The position numbers were made by a program, and so were the translations under genes. Below the pieces are notes generated by a model, which worked only from the letters and a program-made list of their open reading frames with translations, ran no database searches and was not told where the DNA came from. From Macrostomum lignano (lineage: Eukaryota): 64,000 nucleotides of DNA. The stretch is taken from NCBI GenBank assembly GCA_002269645.1, contig NIVC01001917.1, positions 62,001-126,000 of the forward strand, in the 5' to 3' direction. This document shows, piece after piece, positions 35,601 to 48,200 of the stretch (positions are counted from its first letter, which is position 1; every line of letters begins with the position of its first letter).

Positions 35601-38600
35601 GGCATCGGCAGGACAGAAAAACACATACACTTGGGCACTTATTGGGACAACATTGTGCGGATGTGATGTTTGAGGCATTTATTGGGACGCACTTAATGGG
35701 ACATGGAGTCTGTTATTTTTAACGCGGCTCTGGCTGTGACTAGAAAATGGTTCTTGTAGTTGAGCCAGCAAAGCATAGCTCTCTCTAAATAAACAAAACA
35801 GAATAGTAGCTTTCTAAGTAGCTCGAGTTTGAGTTTGGGAATCTGTGAAACTTTGCTCAGCCAATGATTACGTTCATGAAGTGTGTCTACACTACACAAC
35901 TCCTTTGACACAGCTTCTGAAGTCGAGAGTTCCGCTGACGCGTCGCGGATTGAGCCCAACTTGAATGCGGTCTCCGCAAGCACAGACGCCACTGGTTCAA
36001 GCCTTGTCGCTGAACTAGCTAGTGCCATTCCGCCTGCTCAACAGCAGCCTCCAGCCGGCTTCAGCCAGACAGTTAGTCAGCTCCCAAGTGGTGCTACAGA
36101 AAGTCATTCAAGCGAAAGTGCAAATGCTAAGAGGAAACGGCGATCTGCTCAAGGTGAGCACTGCATGAGCATTGCTTTGTCTGCATGAAGGTACATGTAC
36201 TTTAAGCGGGAGTGTTTGGGAGCCTTGGCAAATAAGGCAATGGATATTTTGGGCGGGCATCGGCAGGACAGAAAAACACATACACTTGGGCACTTATTGG
36301 GACAACATTGTGCGGATGTGATGTTTGAGGCATTTATTGGGACGCACTTAATGGGACATGGAGTCTGTTATTTTTAACGCGGCTCTGGCTGTGACTAGAA
36401 AATGGTTCTTGTAGTTGAGCCAGCAAAGCATAGCTCTCTCTAAATAAACAAAACAGAATAGTAGCTTTCTAAGTAGCTCGAGTTTGAGTTTGGGAATCTG
36501 TGAAACTTTGCTCAGCCAATGATTACGTTCATGAAGTGTGTCTACACTACACAACTCCTTTCACACAGCTTCTGAAGTCGAGAGTTCCGCTGACGCGTCG
36601 CGGATTGAGCCCAACTTGAATGCGGTCTCCGCAAGCACAGACGCCACTGGTTCAAGCCTTGTCGCTGAACTAGCTAGTGCCATTCCGCCTGCTCAACAGC
36701 AGCCTCCAGCCGGCTTCAGCCAGACAGTTAGTCAGCTCCCAAGTGGTGCTACAGAAAGTCATTCAAGCGAAAGTGCAAATGCTAAGAGGAAACGGCGATC
36801 TGCTCAAGGTGAGCACTGCATGAGCATTGCTTTGTCTGCATGAAGGTACATGTACTTTAAGCGGGAGTGTTTGGGAGCCTTGGCAAATAAGGCAATGGAT
36901 ATTTTGGGCGGGCATCGGCAGGACAGAAAAACACATACACTTGGGCACTTATTGGGACAACATTGTGCGGATGTGATGTTTGAGGCATTTATTGGGACGC
37001 ACTTAATGGGACATGGAGTCTGTTATTTTTAACGCGGCTCTGGCTGTGACTAGAAAATGGTTCTTGTAGTTGAGCCAGCAAAGCATAGCTCTCTCTAAAT
37101 AAACAAAACAGAATAGTAGCTTTCTAAGTAGCTCGAGTTTGAGTTTGGGAATCTGTGAAACTTTGCTCAGCCAATGATTACGTTCATGAAGTGTGTCTAC
37201 ACTACACAACTCCTTTCACACAGCTTCTGAAGTCGAGAGTTCCGCTGACGCGTCGCGGATTGAGCCCAACTTGAATGCGGTCTCCGCAAGCACAGACGCC
37301 ACTGGTTCAAGCCTTGTCGCTGAACTAGCTAGTGCCATTCCGCCTGCTCAACAGCAGCCTCCAGCCGGCTTCAGCCAGACAGTTAGTCAGCTCCCAAGTG
37401 GTGCTACAGAAAGTCATTCAAGCGAAAGTGCAAATGCTAAGAGGAAACGGCGATCTGCTCAAGGTGAGCACTGCATGAGCATTGCTTTGTCTGCATGAAG
37501 GTACATGTACTTTAAGCGGGAGTGTTTGGGAGCCTTGGCAAATAAGGCAATGGATATTTTGGGCGGGCATCGGCAGGACAGAAAAACACATACACTTGGG
37601 CACTTATTGGGACAACATTGTGCGGATGTGATGTTTGAGGCATTTATTGGGACGCACTTAATGGGACATGGAGTCTGTTATTTTTAACGCGGCTCTGGCT
37701 GTGACTAGAAAATGGTTCTTGTAGTTGAGCCAGCAAAGCATAGCTCTCTCTAAATAAACAAAACAGAATAGTAGCTTTCTAAGTAGCTCGAGTTTGAGTT
37801 TGGGAATCTGTGAAACTTTGCTCAGCCAATGATTACGTTCATGAAGTGTGTCTACACTACACAACTCCTTTCACACAGCTTCTGAAGTCGAGAGTTCCGC
37901 TGACGCGTCGCGATTGAGCCCAACTTGAATGCGGTCTCCGCAAGCACAGACGCCACTGGTTCAAGCCTTGTCGCTGAACTAGCTAGTGCCATTCCGCCTG
38001 CTCAACAGCAGCCTCCAGCCGGCTTCAGCCAGACAGTTAGTCAGCTCCCAAGTGGTGCTACAGAAAGTCATTCAAGCGAAAGTGCAAATGCTAAGAGGAA
38101 ACGGCGATCTGCTCAAGGTGAGCACTGCATGAGCATTGCTTTGTCTGCATGAAGGTACATGTACTTTAAGCGGGAGTGTTTGGGAGCCTTGGCAAATAAG
38201 GCAATGGATATTTTGGGCGGGCATCGGCAGGACAGAAAAACACATACACTTGGGCACTTATTGGGACAACATTGTGCGGATGTGATGTTTGAGGCATTTA
38301 TTGGGACGCACTTAATGGGACATGGAGTCTGTTATTTTTAACGCGGCTCTGGCTGTGACTAGAAAATGGTTCTTGTAGTTGAGCCAGCAAAGCATAGCTC
38401 TCTCTAAATAAACAAAACAGAATAGTAGCTTTCTAAGTAGCTCGAGTTTGAGTTTGGGAATCTGTGAAACTTTGCTCAGCCAATGATTACGTTCATGAAG
38501 TGTGTCTACACTACACAACTCCTTTCACACAGCTTCTGAAGTCGAGAGTTCCGCTGACGCGTCGCGGATTGAGCCCAACTTGAATGCGGTCTCCGCAAGC

Positions 38601-41600
38601 ACAGACGCCACTGGTTCAAGCCTTGTCGCTGAACTAGCTAGTGCCATTCCGCCTGCTCAACAGCAGCCTCCAGCCGGCTTCAGCCAGACAGTTAGTCAGC
38701 TCCCAAGTGGTGCTACAGAAAGTCATTCAAGCGAAAGTGCAAATGCTAAGAGGAAACGGCGATCTGCTCAAGGTGAGCACTGCATGAGCATTGCTTTGTC
38801 TGCATGAAGGTACATGTACTTTAAGCGGGAGTGTTTGGGAGCCTTGGCAAATAAGGCAATGGATATTTTGGGCGGGCATCGGCAGGACAGAAAAACACAT
38901 ACACTTGGGCACTTATTGGGACAACATTGTGCGGATGTGATGTTTGAGGCATTTATTGGGACGCACTTAATGGGACATGGAGTCTGTTATTTTTAACGCG
39001 GCTCTGGCTGTGACTAGAAAATGGTTCTTGTAGTTGAGCCAGCAAAGCATAGCTCTCTCTAAATAAACAAAACAGAATAGTAGCTTTCTAAGTAGCTCGA
39101 GTTTGAGTTTGGGAATCTGTGAAACTTTGCTCAGCCAATGATTACGTTCATGAAGTGTGTCTACACTACACAACTCCTTTGACACAGCTTCTGAAGTCGA
39201 GAGTTCCGCTGACGCGTCGCGGATTGAGCCCAACTTGAATGCGGTCTCCGCAAGCACAGACGCCACTGGTTCAAGCCTTGTCGCTGAACTAGCTAGTGCC
39301 ATTCAGCCTGCTCAACAGCAGCCTCCAGCCGGCTTCAGCCAGACAGTTAATCAGCCCCAAGGTTGTCGCGAAATCGATCAGTTCCTTTGTGCACCTGTGG
39401 CGTATTGTTCTGAAGATGCAAACTTTGCGATTTTAAAACCGGTCTCGAATCCGAAGTCGTGCTGTGAGCCACATTTTGGGGCTCTGGCTTTTGCTGCTGA
39501 TGATAGTGATCCATATCATCTGGAAAGCAATACTGGAACCGATTGTTCAGCTGGAGCTGTAGTGGGTTGCTCAAATTACGAGAATTTGGCCGCCGACAAT
39601 TCGAATTTTTATCCTCAGATGAATGCCTTGTCTGTGGTTCAAGATTTTTCTGCGCATTCGATGCCGTCCCAACTCGTTGATTTTGTAACTGCGAAAGCTG
39701 AAGATGGTGATCAAGTGACCTTTTCGGCTAATGTCAATGTTAGTTCCGCGCGGATTGAAGAAGAAAGTGTCTCAGTTACTCTACCTGTTTCCTTGAAGCC
39801 TGAGGATGACGCAGGATGCAGTGTTGTTTTGCAGAAGCTTGTCAGTTCGACGACAAAGCTTCATTACTGCAAATATTGTGGCAAAATGTTGACGAAAATC
39901 TCTCGGCACTACAAAACCGCTCATAAAGCAGAGTCTGACGTTAAGCGCTTGCAGCAGATCCGCCGTAAGTCCATTCGTAGAAAGGCATTTAAGGCCCTTG
40001 AAAGCGAAGGCGATTATATTCACAATAAAATGGTTTTGGCAAAACGAGAAGGTGAATTAATAATTGCAAGGAGACAAAAGGACGATGAAAATTCTCCTGG
40101 GAGTTTTCTTCCCTGTCATCGATGCTTTCAATTCATAAAGAAGGATCTTCTCTACCGCCACAGAAATGCATGCTCCGGTAGCCTATCTGAAATTATTAAG
40201 GAAGACGAGAATGACTCCGATGAAGACACTGAGAACTCTTCGCCCTCCGAGTCAGAGAGTGCAGAAGCGCGCCTAAAAAATCCTACGAACAATCACTACG
40301 TGCAGCTGTCTCGAATTCTGCTAAAAAATCCAGAGCCTGCTTCAAAACTTCTGGAACCAGATTCGGAACTCTTTAAGACAGTTCTCTCAAGACTCATTTG
40401 TGATGATCTGTTTGATACAATCTGCAAAGATGAGCTCTTACTTCGTTTAGGTGATCGTTATTTGTCTAAGCAAAAAAAGGTGAACCGGCAGCACGTGTCT
40501 AGTAAAATCAGGGATGCAGCTCGTGTTTTTATTCAGCTACAGCAGTTGCATGGTGATTATAGCTTAAGACACTTTCTGCAACCACAGTATTTTGATGATT
40601 GGATCGAAGTTATCCGAAAGTTATCGAATGAGGCCCCAACATTCGCACTACGCATGGGTCATTCAATACCGCATCTGTGCAATATCCTAATCGGTGAAGC
40701 GATTAGGACTTCTAATGATGGCCTTAAAAAGTCCGCATCTGACTTTCTTGAGCTGAAAAATACTGAGTACCACCATCTCGTTACTGCGAAGAGCCTCAAG
40801 ACAATAAGTGAAAGAGCAGCACTTGTGCAGGACTGTGTACCGCTGACGGACGACATAGTAAAACTTTCCACTTTTATGAAGTCGGCGATTGTCGATAAAA
40901 TCGAAGAGCTCAAGACAGGAACATTGGATTCAAATGTTCCTTTGTTGTACCGTGAACTAGTCTACCTAATCATGACAAAACTAACTTTTTTCAACCGGCG
41001 CCGATCCAGTGAGATTTCTCAAATGGTAATGGCGATGTTAGATGCAGCTTCGGCATCTCACACGCAGGATGACCTGCATCAGTATTTGACGCCACTCGAG
41101 AAGGAACTCGCCAGCAGGTTAAAGGTCATAAATATATCAGGCAAAAGAGGACGATCTGTGCCTATCGTTATCGATCGAATTTGTTGGGATGGACTGATGT
41201 GCCTAAAAGACTGTCGCGAGGCTGCCGGTGTAAGCCGAAAGAACGTATTTGTGTTTGCGATTCCTGGCTATGAACAATCCGTCTACAGATGTCCTGTGGC
41301 AATCGACAAAGTAGTGAAAATGAGCTCACTCCAACTGCAACGAGCGGATCTCCTTCGCTCAAGATTTTTAAGGAAGCATTGTGCGACTGTTTCGCAACTT
41401 CTTGACTTAAAAGACAATGAGCTAGATTGGCTAGCTCGCCATCTCGGCCATGATATTACTGTCCACAGACAGTTCTACAGATTACATCAAAATACTCTCG
41501 AGCTAGCAAAGGTTTCGAAGATTTTGGAGTTGATGGAGAGTGGGAACCTGAAGAAATTTAAAGGAAAGGGTCTGGAAGAAATAACATTAGAAGATTTATC

Positions 41601-44600
41601 AGAGCCGCCGTTGGATGACCATGATGAGACAGCAGAGTTATCGGCGGTGCCGGACACTTCGGCCACAACAGCTGCTTCGACTTCGGCCACAACAGCTGCT
41701 TCGACTTCGGCCACAACAGTTGTTTCGACTTCGCCAACTTTCGCTTTGGGAACTGGTTCAGCCGCTACAACTAAAACAAGCGCAAAGAGACGCACAAAAT
41801 CTGGTGAGTCAGTATATAGCTTAATTTGATTCATGCAGATACAAATATTTTTTACTGCTCAAATAGATTGTTTATAAGAGGTTAGATATATTTTTCTGAT
41901 CGCATTTTATCATATGTTAACGGTATATAATCGCATAGTGTCTAGCGAATCGTATGCGATTAACTCAGTCAAAGTACATGCATTTACTGGAGTTGAAGAA
42001 AAAAGAAATCGCGTGAACATCGCATAGATACTCGTATAAGTTCATTTTGCCTGGGGCTTTTACTGTCCAAAAAAAACTTATGCAAATGCAAACATTTCTA
42101 AGCAGAGTGCACAATGCACATCTTAAAATTTCCAAATCATTTGGCCCTTTTAATTGTATGCTAAGTTAATTATAAGAATTAAAACTTTTTGTGGACATGT
42201 TTTGCATACTTTCTGTGAACGTAAGCAGCAACCTCTTAGTCTATAAAATATGTGCTACCATTACAGCAAAGAAGCTGACCGACAGCCAAAAAAGCGACTT
42301 GCGCAAGGCATTTGCCAGCTTTCTAGCCAGCGGGGATCTTCCTGGCAAGCAAGTCATTTTAGAGCTTCGACCCGAATCTGTTGCTGCTGTTGACTGGCGC
42401 CAAATTAAAGACAATTTGCGCGTTGCGCTTTCAAAAAAGAAATAGCTAGTCGAAATTTCTATTTTAAGAAAAGCAAATATTTAACTTTAGCTAATTTTAG
42501 CTAATTGGCTTACTTTAGCTCACAGATTCTAGAACAGCTAGATGAGCCACTGAAGCACAGCTATATACAACAGCTGAAATAAATGACTTTGATAACTTTA
42601 GAAGCCCAAGCTTGCAGGCGTAAACAACTTGCTGATTGGTCCAGCCATAATGTACATTAGCCACTGAAATGTACATGGCAGATTTACCCTGGAACTACCG
42701 AGAAAGGCAATAAAAATTGGGTGGCGGGGCGGGGGTAGAGGTTCTGTGTGGAATTTGAGGGTTTAAGCTTGGGGGGTAAAAGCCAATAAATAAACCTTGC
42801 CTTAGTTTGTCTTCAAAACTTCATTAAAATGCCTCGGTTAACTTAAACTACTAAACTGAAAGTACCTTGCAGGCAAATGTGCTGAGTGAATCATCTAGTT
42901 TGTTCTAGTATCTGTGGTTTAATTACTAATTAAAGCTTAATGGAAGACAGGCAAAATTTGTAAAAATCCTTGGATCAAAAACTTTTTGCGGCTGAAATAA
43001 CTAGTTACTAGATACTAGTTGCATAGCTCGAAGCTACTATTAGGTCGTTGATTCCGCGTGTCGAGCACAATTCTCTAATTTGTTTTTTTTAATAGCCACC
43101 TGGCTTAAAAACTGTGTTGTCATTCATTCAAAAATTTTATCACCACCTGCTCTAAACATTGTGTTTCTACTTATTCAACGATTTTATTCGCCATCTGCTC
43201 TAAACATTGTGTTTCTACTTATTCAACGATTTTATTCGCCATCTGCTCTAAACATTGTGTTTCTACTTATTCAACCATTTTATTCGCCACCTGCTCTAAA
43301 CATTGTGTTTCTACTTATTCAACCATTTTATTCGCCACCTGCTCTAAACATTGTGTTTCTACTTATTCAACCATTTTATTCGCCACCTGCTCTAAACATT
43401 GTGTTTCTACTTATTCAACCATTTTATTCGCCACCTGCTCTAAACATTGTGTTTCTACTTATTCAACCATTTTATTCGCCACCTGCTCTAAACATTGTGT
43501 TTCTACTTATTCAACCATTTTATTCGCCACCTGCTCTAAACATTGTGTTTCTACTTATTCAACCATTTTATTCGCCACCTGCTCTAAACATTGTGTTTCT
43601 ACTTATTCAACCATTTTATTCGCCACCTGCTCTAAACATTGTGTTTCTACTTATTCAACCATTTTATTCGCCACCTGCTCTAAACATTGTGTTTCTACTT
43701 ATTCAACCATTTTATTCGCCACCTGCTCTAAACATTGTGTTTCTACTTATTCAACCATTTTATTCGCCACCTGCTCTAAACATTGTGTTTCTATTATTCA
43801 ACCATTTTATTCGCCACCTGCTCTAAACATTGTGTTTCTACTTATTCAACCATTTTATTCGCCACCTGCTCTAAACATTGTGTTTCTATTTATTCAACCA
43901 TTTTATTCGCCACCTGCTCTAAACATTGTTTTTATTTATTCAAAACTTTTTTATTACAAACATTCAAACATAAGTTGCAACTTTTTAAAAAAAATAAATT
44001 TGTTTCCCTTCAGTTTTGTTCCGTTTTCCAAAAGCCTCTTTATTTGTGGTGCCTCTTTATTTTACTTTATGAATTAAACATTCGCATATAAAATGATGGA
44101 AGCGTTCAGAAATTCTTCTATCTGGTTGATACATCCACTGGTTATTTATAGGCCTAGATATACTTCTATGGTAAAATTGTTAGGGCAGCCCTTCCACACT
44201 AGCTATGGTGGGATTGTTGGGACAGCCCTATGCACACTGGCTATGGTGGGATTGTTGGGACAGCCCTATGCACACTGGCTATGGTGGGATTGTTGGGACA
44301 GCCCTATGCACACTGGCTATGGTGGGATTGTTGGGACAGCCCTATGCACACTGGCTATGGTGGGATTGTTGGGACAGCTCTATCCACACTAGCTTTGGTG
44401 GAATTGTTGGGACAGCCCTATGCACACTGGCTATGGTGGAATTGTTGGGACAGCCCTATGTACACTGGCTATGCTGGAATTGTTGGGACAGCCCTATGTA
44501 CACTGGCTATGGTGGAATTGTTGGGACAGCCCTATGTACACTGGCTATGCTGGAATTGTTGGGACAGCCCTATGTACACTGGCTATGCTGGAATTGTTGG

Positions 44601-45231
44601 GACAGCCCTATACTATAGTGTGTGCTGGCTTCTGCTTCTGCTATAGTGTGGTTCATTTCCGCATCCTTTTACGTAGCATTCTGTGGGTCCGAATAGCTGA
44701 CATGTACCTTTTGAGTAATTCTAGTGATTGTGTCATAATCAATAAAGTACATTTTTATGAACAGTGGAGTTTCGCTACAGAATTGTTTTTTCCCAGTGGC
44801 ACTAAATGTAGCAAATTTTGTTTATTCAGATCGTAAAATTTTTTTGATATGTGTCAATGTCGTTTGTTTTCGATAACCTTAAAGTCCCTTGCCATTTACC
44901 ATCCTGTCTTCTATAATCTATGATCGCTGAAATTATCTGGTGAAATTTGACGCGCTGATATTATTGCCTTAAGTGGAATTCAGCAAGACACCAGGGTTTT
45001 TTAATTCTGTTTTAGACAAGTATACATGTACAATCTGTTGTGAGTTCAATGCACCTCGAAAAATGCTTTCCAACTGTTTTCAGTAAGCCAAAAGCATGTT
45101 GTCAATAAAAATCGATTTGGTGGGTTGAAAATTGCCTGTGTGGGGACGTGTGTGTGTGTGATTTTTCGTGTGTCGAAGCAGTCCCAATATGTGCAAGCTT
45201 TTGCACACTTGGCCAATAAGTGCCTCGTGCA

Positions 45232-45278
<47 letters not shown>

Positions 45279-48200
45279 AGGAAACCCCGCCCAAAAAGAC
45301 GATAAGAAACCCGAGCAGCCCGGAGGACTGATTCGGCTCCCTCTTTTTGATGCTTACAGTTGAATAGTCAGTATAATATTTTCCTCAACCTGATGGGGGC
45401 AGCCGTTCGATACGGGAGGGTCGAGACAGCCTGGCAAAAAGCAAATAATTTTCTCTGGAGCGACCATTAGTAGGCTAGCGAATAGTCCTCTGAGTTAATC
45501 TTCTTAGTCGAAACTTTTGCCTTAACCTGTCACTCACTGACTTTGTTATAAATATTCTCCCTTCAGGTGAAAGTTAATTAATCCTTGGGGCTCAGGTAAG
45601 CCGGATTTCGGCTAAAAGAATTACCTCTAGCTTGTTAAGCTGTCTTTAGGGCTGGCTGGGTGGATTTTTTGGGCTTAAATTGATCCTCTTTCATCCCAAT
45701 GTCAACTACTCGGACAGAGGATCTGAGAAAGCGAGTGGCTAAGCTATATGAGCTGTCGATCAGAAAAAAGATTCCCGAGTGTTTGAGCTGCATTTGACTT
45801 CTTTATACTCTTCCTATTTTTATTTCGTCTTTCAATTCTGTACCTTTATGGAATCTTCCAGACCAATATTAATGAAGCTTTAATTTCTATTGAGTTGTCA
45901 TCTATCTCTTGGCAGTCTCCATTTGTACTTTGCTTAAAACCAAAATCGATCAATTCTTTAGGTCTGCGACTTTTGACTGACACAATTCGACTGCCGACCC
46001 TAACCTAAACCCTAACCCACCTAAACCCTAACCCACCTAAACCCTAACCTAAACCCTAACCCACCTAAACCCTAACCCACCTAAACCCTAACCCACCTAA
46101 ACCCTAACCTAAACCCTAACCCACCTAAACCCTAACCCACCTAAACCCTAACCCACCTAAACCCTAACCTAAACCCTAACCCATCTAAACCCTAACCCAC
46201 CTAAACCCTAACCCACCTAAACCCTAACCCACCTAAACCCTAACCCACCTAAACCCTAACCCACCTAAACCCTAACCCACCTAAACCCTAACCCACCTAA
46301 ACCCTAACCCACCTAAACCCTAACTTAAACCCTAACCCACCTAAACCCTAACCCACCTAAACCCTAACCCACCTAAACCCTAACCCACCTAAACCCTAAC
46401 CCACCTAAACCCTAACCTAAACCCTAACCCACCTAAACCCTAACCCACCTAAACCCTAACCCACCTAAACCCTAACCTAAACCCTAACCCACCTAAACCC
46501 TAACCCACCTAAACCCTAATCCACCTAAACCCTAACCCACCTAAACCCTAACCCACCTAAACCCTAACCCACCTAAACCCTAACCCACCTAAACCCTAAC
46601 CCACCTAAACCCTAACCCACCTAAACCCTAACCCACCTAAACCCTAACCCACCTAAACCCTAACCCACCTAAACCCTAACCCACATAAACCCTAACCTTA
46701 AATCGTCGGCAGTCCGCAACTGGCAATCAAAAGTCACTGCCAGTCAAAAGACACTGCCAGTCAAAAGACATTGCCAGTCAAAAGACACCGGGAGTCAAAA
46801 GACACTGCCAGTCAAAAGATACTGCCAGTCAAAAGACACTGCCAGTCAAAAGACACTGCCAGTCAAAAGACACTGCCAGTCAAAAGACACTGCCAGTCAA
46901 AAGACACTGCCAGTAAAAAGACACTGGGAGTCAAAAGTCTAAAACCCTAACTTTTGAAAGGCTACTTTTTTACCAAATACATTTTAGATTCAAATAACCT
47001 GAGGAATTCCAGAATTGAGAAGAATTTGATAACCAGTGCGAAGAAGGTTTAAAAAGTTGGCATCACGCTCAAGTGCATTTCCAATTCCCATAGAGCTGAA
47101 GGTTTTCGCATCGCTGGGGTCACGCGATAATCAAAGTTTAAGCTCGTTAGTCCCAGACCCCTTCTGTCCACCCCCAACCCCACCCTCACTAAATCACTCA
47201 GTGTCAGTCGCCGATCTCAAAGAAGTCCGCCGTGGTCGGACTACGGCGGCACTTCGCGGGAGCAGCGTCGCCGCCACGCAGTCGCCTGACTGCGCCTTCA
47301 CCATCGTGATTGAGACTTCGGGCAGAATCGGCGGCGGCACGTCGAAACCCAAGCAGCGCTGCATCGACCTGGTGACGGCATTGGTGGACGCTGCCAGCGT
47401 GTGGGTCACCGGCCTGGGCTGCCTCATCAATGGCCAGAAAGGTGCGATCTGATCGGGAAGGGCGTCAGAGGCGTTGGTTGGAGGGAGTAATCTGAGGGGT
47501 GATAACTTGAGTATTCTAAGGGATGATAACTTGAGTATACTAGGGGTGATAACTTGAGTATTTTAAGGGGTGATAACTTGAGTAATCTGAGGGGTGATAA
47601 CTTGAGTAATCTGAGGGGTTATAACTTGAGTAATCTGAGGGGTGATAACTTGATTAATCTGAGGGGTGATAACTTAAATGTGCTTAGAGTGCTCTGTGCA
47701 CAATCAATGATTACCTATCTTTAATATTGCACCCAGATGCTACTGGCGAAGCGGGACACGACAGGCCGCAGCTCATGCGGGACCGGTAAGAGCTCTTCAA
47801 CTTTCTACAATGTTTCAAGGGGTCTTCCAGATTCCGCTGACTTTTGATGTAGCTGTAGACATCATAGGAGTCAGTTGAGGCAGTTGTACCTCCCTACTAT
47901 CGCCAGATACTACGGTGTAACTTTCATAGAAATCTAGAAATCAGGGGGTCAGTTGACCTTCTTTGTTTTCTTTATTGCTAAAATAGACTTTTACATGTAT
48001 TCATAATGGTTCAATTGACCTCTCTTTAGTATTCTCAGATACCAATGCAGACATTTGATACATGCATAATAGGATAGTACAAAATACAGACCCTTCCACA
48101 GTATCCAGAGGTCAATTGACCCCCAATTTATCACCCCAGCCTTTAAGGCAGACTTTTATAGAAGTCAGGGGTCGGTTGACCCCCCCGTAGTATCCTCAGA

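Larger units (their letters stand above)
30944..45232 (+). mobile_element. Tyrosine-recombinase (Crypton-like) DNA element nested in PLCL intron 2, flanked by (GT)n
   Basis: (TG)n at 30917-30940 and ~45236-45276 in direct orientation. GTTTGTG at both junctions (30940-30946, 45233-45239). Imperfect inverted ends: gtgcattaggcatttcttgggacaagcgtgtataaa versus reverse complement of right end gtgcacgaggcacttattggccaagtgtgcaaaa. Encodes a YR gene. Boundaries are inferred. Confidence 0.65.

Noticed and set aside
33021-39349. CRISPR-like array or cluster of small genes (60-111 aa ORFs)
   Set aside because: Eukaryotic context, no unique spacers; units are exon plus intron duplications, and the small ORFs cross splice sites or are antisense.
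41804-41829. Stop at 41829 as the true end of the 890-aa ORF
   Set aside because: A strong GTGAGT donor at 41804 and an in-phase exon at 42267-42445 encoding a Myb/SANT-like tail are more plausible; the GTG start at 39157 is likewise upstream of an acceptor.
46000-46698. True telomere or chromosome end
   Set aside because: Internal to an intron, 16-bp variant unit, flanked by inverted repeats, and the gene continues on both sides.
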